Shown: piece after piece, positions 56,934 to 64,000 of the stretch
Layout of the letters: the number at the start of each line of letters is the position of its first letter
Numbering within the stretch: position 1 is the first letter of the stretch
Source of the DNA: Terriglobia bacterium
GTDB lineage: Bacteria > Acidobacteriota > Terriglobia > Bryobacterales > Bryobacteraceae
DNA: 64,000 bases
Assembly (NCBI GenBank): GCA_963846025.1
Contig: CAWJUG010000004.1
Span: 250,065-314,064, forward strand
Direction of reading: 5' to 3'
Position numbers and translations under genes: made by a program
The notes under the pieces: model-generated
Seen by the model: only the letters and a program-made list of their open reading frames with translations
Told to the model about the DNA's origin: nothing
The model's database searches: none

Positions 56934-58592
56934 CAGCGAGACATCGGAATGCGAAGTCCTTTTTCGCGGGCTACCTGCTCGGCGCGCGGGTAGCCTGCGT
57001 CCACATGCCGCATGATACCCGAGCCAGGATCGGTGGTCAGCACTCGCTGCAGACGCCGGTCGGCATCTGCGGAGCCATCCGCCACCACAACCATTCCGGC
57101 ATGCAGAGAATAGCCGATCCCGACACCGCCGCCATTGTGAATAGAGACCCAAGACGCGCCTGCTGCGGTATTGAGCAGGGCGTTCAACAATGGCCAGTCC
57201 GCAATCGCATCGGACCCATCTTGCATGCCCTCTGTTTCCCGATACGGCGAAGCTACCGATCCGGCATCTAAGTGGTCGCGACCAATCACAATCGGTGCGC
57301 TAATTTCTCCGGAGCGCACCAAGGCATTCATGGCCAGGCCGAACTCCGCCCGTTCGCCGTACCCTAACCAGCAGATGCGCGCGGGTAAACCCTGGAAGTG
57401 GATCTTCTCGCTCGCCAGCCGAATCCATTGCGCAAGATCTTTGTTGTTACCGAACATGTCGAGAACAAGCCGGTCCGTCCTGCGAATGTCTTGGGGGTCT
57501 CCCGACAACGCCACCCATCGGAAGGGACCTCGCCCTTCGCAGAACATCGGCCGTATGTATTCGGGAACAAACCCGGGAATCTGAAATGCGTCCTTTGCTC
57601 CGGCGTTTTGCGCATGCGCGCGAATGTTATTGCCGTAATCGAAAGCAATTGCTCCTGCGCGTTGAAGCGCCAGCATACCTTCCACATGCTTCGCCATGGC
57701 TTCAGTCGATCTTGCAACGTATTCTTCGGGATTGCGTTTTCGCAAAGCAAGCGCTCGTTCCAGGCTCATTCCGTTTGGCACATAGCCGTTCAAAGGATCG
57801 TGTGCACTGGTTTGATCGGTCACAATGTCGGGGACCAGGCCGCGGCGCGCCAACTCGGGGATCACGTCGGCGCAATTCGCAACCAGGCCGACGGAAAGTG
57901 CGTCGCCGAGAGACTTTGCGTCATCGAGCGCGGATAGAGCCTCATCCAAGTCACGCACCAATCGGTCGCAATAGCCGGTTCGCACGCGCTTCTCAATTCG
58001 TGCCGAGTCCACATCGATACCCAGAAACAACGCGCCGTTCAGGGTCGCTGCCAAGTGGTTGAGCGCCGCCCATGCCGCCCATTCCGCCGCTGACGATGAG
58101 CTTCCGCTTGAGATCGCCGCCGAAATGCTTTCGCCCCGCTGCGGCAAATGTCTCATACGTCCCCTGAACAATGCCCTGACTGCCGATGTAGATCCAAGAG
58201 CCCGCGGTCATTTGACCGTACATGGTCAGCCCGAGCTTTTCGAGACGATGAAACTCATTCCAGTTCGACCATTTGCCCACCAGGTTGGAGTTCGCAATCA
58301 AAACACGAGGCGCGTCCGCATGTGTTCGAAAGATTCCGACCGGCTTCCCCGATTGCACAAGCAGCGTCTCGTCGTTTTCGAGTTCCTGTAGCGACCTGAC
58401 CAGCGCATCGAAGCATTCCCAGTTGCGCGCGGCCTTGCCCGTCCCGCCGTAGACAATCAATTCATCCGGTTTTTCGGCCACATCAGGATCAAGATTGTTC
58501 ATCAGCATCCGCATGGCGGCTTCCTGATGCCAGCCTTTGCAAGTCAGATTCGTTCCCCGCGGCGCTTTCACTTTCAAGGCAATCTCGTTCAT
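56933..58592 (-). pseudogene. hutU: urocanate hydratase, 1-nt frame disruption at about 58051-58052
   Basis: N-terminal frame reads ...[24 protein letters not shown]...[13 protein letters not shown]. The +1 frame continues [22 protein letters not shown]...[13 protein letters not shown]. Confidence 0.9.
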
Positions 58593-58606
58593 TTGAGCTT
58601 CCTCTG

Positions 58607-60114
58607 CTACGCCGTAAACTCGTCGAAGCCGCCGCCTTGAATTGCCATTGCTATCGTTTCAATGTCACGCGATAGGGGCCGATCAGCCGTCAGTCGCGGA
58701 ACCGTGCTACGTATCAGCTCGTGTGCCTTCTCGACCGGCGGCGACGAGCGCAACGGCGCGCGATATTCCAATCCTTCCGCTGCTGCCAGTAACTCAATGG
58801 CGAGTACGTGCTCCGCATTAGAAACAATTTCGCGCAACTTGACGGCTGCTGTCATGCCCATAGAAACATGATCTTCCTTATCGCCCGACGTTGGCACGTT
58901 GTCAATACTCGCCGGATGCGCCAGCACCTTCGCCTCATTCAGCAACGACACAGCGCAGACCTGCGCAATCATGAAACCCGATGACAGGCCGGGATGCGAC
59001 GACAGAAATGGCGGCAATCCTTCGTTGACATCGGGATTCACCAACCGGTCAATACGCCGCTCTCCGATACTCATTAGATCGGTCATGGCGATGCATGCAT
59101 AATCGAAAGCCATCGCCAGCGGCGCGCCATGAAAATTGCCGCCGCTCAACATGTCGCCATTTTCGAAAACCAGCGGATTGTCGGTTGCTGAGCCGCTCTC
59201 GATCTCAACCACTGTTCGCGCATGCTCCAAGGCATTACGAACCGCCCCGTGCACTTGTGGCATGCAGCGCAAACTATAGGCGTCTTGCACGCGCGGATCG
59301 TTCACCAGATGAGAACGCCGGATCTCGCTGTTTTCGAGCAGCCGCTCTCAAATGCGCGGCCGATGCAACCTGTCCAGGATGTGGCCGAACCGCATGAATG
59401 CGTTCGTCAAAGGCCACCGGGGTACCGCGCAGCGCCTCCAGCGTCATTGCGCCGGCCAGATCGGCCAACGCCAGCCACGCGCAACCCGCGATAGAGCGCA
59501 AGCGCGCCCACCGCACCCATGGCCTGTGTTCCGTTGAGAAGCGCCAGTCCCTCTTTAGCGCCGAGACGTACAGGTTCAAGGCCCGCCGATCGCAACGCAG
59601 CCGCACTGGTAATGCGCTCTCCCCGATACCAGCATTCGCCTTCGCCTATCATCGAAAGCGCCAGATGGGCAAGTGGGGCCAGATCGCCGCTCGCGCCCAC
59701 CGAACCTTTTTCCGGTATAACGGGGTGCACGCCGCGCTCCAGCATTTCAAGAAGCGTTTCGATTATGCGGGTGCGGCAGCCGCTATAACCCAAAGTCAGG
59801 ACATTCGCGCGTAACAGCATCATCGCGCGGGTCTCCGGCTCCGAAAGAGGCCGGCCTAGTCCGCACGAATGACTGCGAACCAGATTCAGTTGCAGCGCTT
59901 CCAGATCCGCCGGCGCGATGCGCACTTCCGAAAGTTTCCCGAACCCTGTATTGATGCCGTAGACGACACGGCCTTCTTCGATGACGCGATCGACCAGCGC
60001 GCGTGAAGCGGCAACCCGCTCGCGAGCGGCCGAACTCAAACGGACATTCAACCGGCCCGCGGCAACGGCCGCGATCTGCTCTAGAGAAAGTAGCTGTCCG
60101 GAAAGCTCCAACAT
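58607..60114 (-). pseudogene. hutH: histidine ammonia-lyase, two 1-nt frame disruptions (about 59485-59487 and about 59342)
   Basis: MIO-forming [14 protein letters not shown]. Three successive frames read ...[18 protein letters not shown] / [46 protein letters not shown] / [33 protein letters not shown]... Confidence 0.9.
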
Positions 60115-60132
60115 GGGAACCGAAGCGCCAGT

Positions 60133-60750
60133 CTAGAAGAGGTGTCCCAGCTTCTCCCGCTTGGTCTTCAGATACTCCGCGGTGGTTTCGAGTGGCGGCA
60201 CAATGATGGGGGCGCGTTCCACTACTCGGATGCCTGCCTTTTCAAGAGCTGCCACTTTCTCGGGATTATTCGAAAGCAGGCGCAAAGCGGTCACTCCAAA
60301 ATACTGGAGTATCGCCGCAGGCAGCGCGTAATCCCGCAAATCCGCCTCGAACCCCAGTTGTTCGTTGGCTTGCACTGTGTCCAGCCCTTCATCCTGCAGC
60401 TCATAGGCCCGTAGCTTATTGAGTAATCCGATCCCACGGCCTTCCTGATGTTCATAGATCAGGAGCCCGCGTTGCTCGGCTACGATCTGATCCAAAGCCA
60501 GTTCCAGCTGAGACCTGCAATCGCAGCGCAAACTGTGAAAAACATCTCCCGTCAGGCACTGCGAATGAATCCGCACCAGCGGAGGCCCAAAGCTCTGGTC
60601 CAGATCACCCAGCTTCAGCGCGACGGCTTCCTCCATATCCGCAGGCCGCAGGGCCTCGAATCCGTAGATGCGAAAACGGCCGAAACGAGTGGGAAAATCC
60701 GCCTCGGCGATCTTCTGCAGCGCTAGAGTAGTGGAATTGGAAGTCTCCAA
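60133..60750 (-). CDS. ribA: GTP cyclohydrolase II
   Basis: IHSQCLTGDVFHSLRCDCRSQL (zinc Cys triad) and YEHQEGRGIGLLNKLRAYELQDEGLDTV. Confidence 0.85.
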   Translation of the reverse strand: METSNSTTLALQKIAEADFPTRFGRFRIYGFEALRPADMEEAVALKLGDLDQSFGPPLVRIHSQCLTGDVFHSLRCDCRSQLELALDQIVAEQRGLLIYEHQEGRGIGLLNKLRAYELQDEGLDTVQANEQLGFEADLRDYALPAAILQYFGVTALRLLSNNPEKVAALEKAGIRVVERAPIIVPPLETTAEYLKTKREKLGHLF

Positions 60751-60813
60751 CCTTCTATTATCAGGGAAACAGCCAGTAAGAATCTCAAGCGAGCCTAGAG
60801 TCCTCCTTGAGCT

Positions 60814-62208
60814 ATGGTTCCCCGACGCATGCCTGACAAGCCGGAGCTCGCGGCTCTTCTGATCAAAGTCGCCGTCTCTGCCTCTCTAGCGAGCATTCTC
60901 ATGCGCTTCGCCCGCATCGAGAAGATTCTGCTGCGGGATGAACGCACCGTAGCCGATCGCCTGCAACTAGCTCTGATCTTTTCTGTCCTCTTCGGCGCGA
61001 CGGCCGAGATTCGTATACTCAGCCACAACCAATATCCTGCCATTGACCTGGCGCTCGAAGGCGCACAAATTGCCGGCATGCTCGGCGGCTATGTCAGCGG
61101 CCTGATTACGGGCATTTGCGTTTCCATTCCAGGCATGCTCCAGCGACCGCACGGGCAGTACATGTCGATGCCGCTATTTGCAGCCGCAGGTATTCTCGGC
61201 GCGGTGATGCACGATTTGGCGCCGCAAAAGGACGATATCTGGTATTTCTCTCCTTTCGTCGATCTCAATCTGTATCGCCTCTTCAAGCAGGTCCTTCGAC
61301 TCGGCCGGGGAGCCATCCAACGGCGCCTGGTCGAGCGCGCCGCTTTCAATGTCGCTTGCAACGCCATCGTTGTGTTAACCGAGGTTCTGCGCTGGGGCGT
61401 CCGGCTGGAATTCAAAGAACATTATGCGTTCTTTCTTTTCGGCAATATCCCGGTGGGGAACCCTCTGCCTTTGTTTGCCGCGTGTGCTGCGACGACGCTG
61501 TTCGCCGTCTCGCTTCCTCTCAGGATCTGGAGCAGTTATCGAGCGGAAAAACAATTGGAGATGCAACGCGCGCGATTGACGGAAGCCCAACTGGCGGCCC
61601 TGACGAACCAAATCAATCCGCATTTTCTCTTCAACACGCTCAATTCGGTGTCCACTCTTATCCGAATTGACCCGGAACGCGCGCGTGGCATGATTTACAA
61701 GCTCTCCAGCATCCTGCGGCGGCTGCTCCGAAAAACAGAGAATCTTGCCACTCTGCGCGAAGAGATCTCCTTTATAGATGATTACCTTGCCATTGAGCTG
61801 GTTCGATTCGGTGACAAGCTGCGGTTCAACAAAGAAATCGACGAGCGAGCACTCAATCGGCTAGTGCCGACCATGATTCTGCAGCCGATTATCGAAAATT
61901 CCATCAGGCACGGTCTGGCCAACAAGGTGGAAGGCGGAACCGTGTCCTTGCGTGTCTGGCTTGAGGACACGCGCCTATGCATTTCCATCGAAGACAACGG
62001 CGTAGGGATGCCGGAATCCAAGCTCGAGACGCTGTTTGAGCAAGGCATCGGAGTAAGCAATGTCAAAGAAAGGCTGCGCGTGTTGTTTGGACCGAGCTAT
62101 CAAATGAGAGTCCATAGCGAGCTTGGCGCGGGCACGCGCACGCTCATCGTAATTCCTGAACTCGAAACAGAAACAAAGACCGAAGCCGCCGCAGGCGCGA
62201 GACCCTGA
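60814..62208 (+). CDS. LytS/YehU-type sensor histidine kinase (5TMR_LYT-like membrane domain + His_kinase + HATPase_c)
   Basis: NQINPHFLFNTLNSVSTLI (LytS-type H-box), ILQPIIENSIRHG, DNGVGM. Polytopic N-terminal half. Confidence 0.85.
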   Translation: MVPRRMPDKPELAALLIKVAVSASLASILMRFARIEKILLRDERTVADRLQLALIFSVLFGATAEIRILSHNQYPAIDLALEGAQIAGMLGGYVSGLITGICVSIPGMLQRPHGQYMSMPLFAAAGILGAVMHDLAPQKDDIWYFSPFVDLNLYRLFKQVLRLGRGAIQRRLVERAAFNVACNAIVVLTEVLRWGVRLEFKEHYAFFLFGNIPVGNPLPLFAACAATTLFAVSLPLRIWSSYRAEKQLEMQRARLTEAQLAALTNQINPHFLFNTLNSVSTLIRIDPERARGMIYKLSSILRRLLRKTENLATLREEISFIDDYLAIELVRFGDKLRFNKEIDERALNRLVPTMILQPIIENSIRHGLANKVEGGTVSLRVWLEDTRLCISIEDNGVGMPESKLETLFEQGIGVSNVKERLRVLFGPSYQMRVHSELGAGTRTLIVIPELETETKTEAAAGARP

Positions 62209-62235
62209 AGCGAAAGAAAATCGCTAAACTATCCG

Positions 62236-62415
62236 ATGGTGGATACTGGAGCGCGCTTTCAATTCGTGTGCAAGACCTGTGGCCGCAAAGGCCGTCCGCA
62301 GGAGAGCCGGGAGGAAGCCGACAAAGAACTCCTGGACCATCTGCGCGAGCGCTGCGACCATGAGTGTCGCGTTAAGAAAGTAACGCTCCTGCAGCACGAA
62401 CGCAGTTCGAGCTAG
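62236..62415 (+). CDS. 59-aa four-cysteine (CxxC...CxxxC) protein, speculative
   Basis: MVDTGARFQFVCKTCGRKGRPQESREEADKELLDHLRERCDHECRVKKVTLLQHERSSS. It fills the gap between the kinase and the convergent isomerase gene. Below the ORF-track cutoff, with no clear SD. Confidence 0.3.
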   Translation: MVDTGARFQFVCKTCGRKGRPQESREEADKELLDHLRERCDHECRVKKVTLLQHERSSS

Positions 62416-62419
62416 CCGT

Positions 62420-63289
62420 CTACGCAGCGGTCTTCTTTAACTCAGTCAACACGCCGCGCATATAGGCAAAACTCTTCTGCATACCTGGAAGCGGATTGTC
62501 CGGCTGAACCTCGTATTCCAGGTTCACGCTGCCCTTGTAATTGATCTTCATGAGCTCGGCGAAGATTTGCCGGATAGGCAGCTTGCCTTCGCCGACAGGC
62601 ACCTGGCTGTCTCGGCCTACCTTCCAGTCCGGGTTGTGAGGATCGGTTAGATCTTTGGCGTGCATATCTAACAGGCGTGGACCTGCCTGTTGGATCGACT
62701 CGACGAGATCCGCCCCGGTCCGCGCGGCGTGGCCGATATCCATGCACAGTCCGCAGCGCGGATCCATGTCTTTGACTGCTTCTAAAACACTTTGGGGTGT
62801 CGGGAAATTTTTGTCTTCCGGCCCGTGATCGTGAATTGCAATTTTGATGTTGTATTCCTTGACAAATTTCTCCAGCTTCGGCAGGGTGACGTGTGTTGGT
62901 GCGCAGACAATCAGCGGAAACCCAGCACGCTTTGCGTAGTCGAATTTGGGGCGAATGTCGGCTTCATCATCTTTGTTGAAGGTGACGTTTCCGCAGCCAA
63001 CCAAGACAATACCGGCGTCGTGAAACTCCTTGACTGCCGCATCAATCTGCTCTGGCGTGCTGTCAAGCGGCAGATGTACGTCCTTAACGTTCAGATAATG
63101 CGTCCCAAGCTGCAGCGTCATGCTGATGGCTTGCGCGCGCGAAAATTTCCGAAACGAATAAGACGCGACGCCCAGCTTGATGTTCGCTCCGCCCAAACGG
63201 TAATCCTGTGATCGCAACAAAGCATCGGCCGCCGTCGCGACTCCCAATAATGCCGGTACTCTTTTCAATAGGGTTCTTCTGGTCATCAC
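62420..63289 (-). CDS. Tat-exported sugar-phosphate isomerase/epimerase (xylose-isomerase-like TIM barrel)
   Basis: Twin-arginine signal MMTRRTLLKRVPALLGVATAADA. TIM-barrel segments IAIHDHGPED and LCMDIGHAAR. Confidence 0.8.
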   Translation of the reverse strand: MMTRRTLLKRVPALLGVATAADALLRSQDYRLGGANIKLGVASYSFRKFSRAQAISMTLQLGTHYLNVKDVHLPLDSTPEQIDAAVKEFHDAGIVLVGCGNVTFNKDDEADIRPKFDYAKRAGFPLIVCAPTHVTLPKLEKFVKEYNIKIAIHDHGPEDKNFPTPQSVLEAVKDMDPRCGLCMDIGHAARTGADLVESIQQAGPRLLDMHAKDLTDPHNPDWKVGRDSQVPVGEGKLPIRQIFAELMKINYKGSVNLEYEVQPDNPLPGMQKSFAYMRGVLTELKKTAA

Positions 63290-63302
63290 TGAACTCGAAT
63301 CT

Positions 63303-64000
63303 TTAGATCGCCTGTAGTTCTTCCTCTAACAATTGTTTCTGATAAAGCTCGGCATAGTAGCCGCCGCGGCGCTGCAAGTCTTCGTGGGTGCCCGTTTCAA
63401 CGACAGAACCGTGGCTTAACACTACAATACGGTCGGCATTCTGAACCGTAGAGACGCGGTGGGAGATGAGAATCGTTGTCCGCTCCCGCATCACTCCGGC
63501 CAGCCCCTTCAGAATCTTCTCCTCCGTAACAGTATCAACACTCGACAGCGCATCGTCCAGGATCAGGATTCGCGGATTACGCAAAATCGCCCGGGCTATG
63601 GCAGTGCGCTGCTTCTGTCCACCCGATAAAGTCAGCCCGCGTTCACCGATAACGGTTTCGAAACCATTCGGAAACGCTTCTATGTCGCTCGCCAGGCCGG
63701 CTATTTCCGCAGCCCATTCAATCTGATCCCGAGTGGCTTCCGGCGCGCCCCAGGCGATGTTCTCCGCCAGGGTTGCACTGAACAAGAACGTCTCTTGCGG
63801 CACAAACCCGATTCGCCGTCGCAGTTCCTCCGGATCAAATCGCCGGACGTCGATGCCTCCAAACTCTACCGTTCCAGCGCTGGGGTCGAAAAGCCTTGGT
63901 ATTAGGCTAACCAGCGTTGTCTTGCCGCTGCCTGTATGCCCCACAATTGCTATTGTTTCACCCGAAAAGATCGTCAGATCAAGGTCGGAAATTGTCTCCC
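63303..64000 (-). CDS. ABC exporter ATP-binding domain (C-terminal part; gene continues beyond the right edge)
   Basis: Walker A GHTGSGKTT, signature LSGGQKQR, Walker B ILILDDALS, H-loop ISHR. The frame stays open to position 64000. Confidence 0.85.
   Translation of the reverse strand, partial: ETISDLDLTIFSGETIAIVGHTGSGKTTLVSLIPRLFDPSAGTVEFGGIDVRRFDPEELRRRIGFVPQETFLFSATLAENIAWGAPEATRDQIEWAAEIAGLASDIEAFPNGFETVIGERGLTLSGGQKQRTAIARAILRNPRILILDDALSSVDTVTEEKILKGLAGVMRERTTILISHRVSTVQNADRIVVLSHGSVVETGTHEDLQRRGGYYAELYQKQLLEEELQAI

Noticed and set aside
11418-60114. Programmed +1 ribosomal frameshifting as an explanation for the uniform +1 direction of all frame disruptions.
   Set aside because: The sites share no common slippery or stop-codon context. 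In hutI the zero frame stays open about 170 nt beyond the switch, whereas in argJ it stops at once. The affected genes are functionally unrelated, and most sites are short homopolymers, which fits an insertion-type consensus error better.
1-64000. CRISPR arrays, IS elements/transposases, prophage genes, toxin-antitoxin pairs and rRNA.
   Set aside because: Reading both strands I found no spaced direct repeats, terminal inverted repeats, transposase/integrase motifs or rRNA-like sequence. The only repeats seen are intragenic (heptad repeats, NYP repeats, low-complexity Gln/Gly regions) and the small regulatory-scale repeats reported above.

Overview
This is a densely coding chromosomal segment of about 57-58% GC (estimated by eye). 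I found no rRNA, CRISPR array, transposase or integrase. One tRNA (anticodon CAT) is present. The protein repertoire gives the impression of a soil Acidobacteriota-type genome: DUF4159, a reaction-centre-type cytochrome c, an orphan secretin and an NfrB-like glycosyltransferase. I cannot verify that without a database search.

Gene content, left to right:
- 1-8.1 kb: an eight-gene, translationally coupled minus-strand cassette. It encodes a DUF1698-type methyltransferase, a clan GH-A hydrolase, two SDR epimerases, a B12-binding radical SAM enzyme, a GT4 and two CgeB-like glycosyltransferases.
- 8-33.5 kb: signalling and housekeeping genes. These include a PAS histidine kinase, a LuxR-type regulator, a CocE/NonD hydrolase, YggS, TauE/DUF1634, an OmpA-like protein, an MFS transporter, MsrA, UDP-xylose synthase, a membrane HdrD-like Fe-S protein, a formylglycine-generating enzyme, a cytochrome c and an ArnT-like glycosyltransferase.
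- 33.6-40.2 kb: the most interesting locus, a peptide-export unit. It consists of a 16-codon ORF, a HlyD adaptor, a C39-peptidase ABC exporter, a second ABC exporter lacking the peptidase residues, and a 63-aa basic protein. No maturase and no recognisable precursor family lie nearby.
- 40-64 kb: a SIS enzyme, an orphan secretin, YggX, an NfrB-like GT2 with a MshEN-like tail, argJ-fmt-def-aroC, etfBA, a hutH-hutU-hutI-hutF operon, ribA, a LytS-type kinase, a TIM-barrel isomerase and a partial ABC ATPase.

A window-wide peculiarity affects the annotation. Twelve otherwise well-conserved genes are broken by 14 frame disruptions. Every disruption behaves as one extra base, and most sit in short homopolymers. 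I therefore treat the pseudogene calls as probable sequencing or assembly indels, not as biology.
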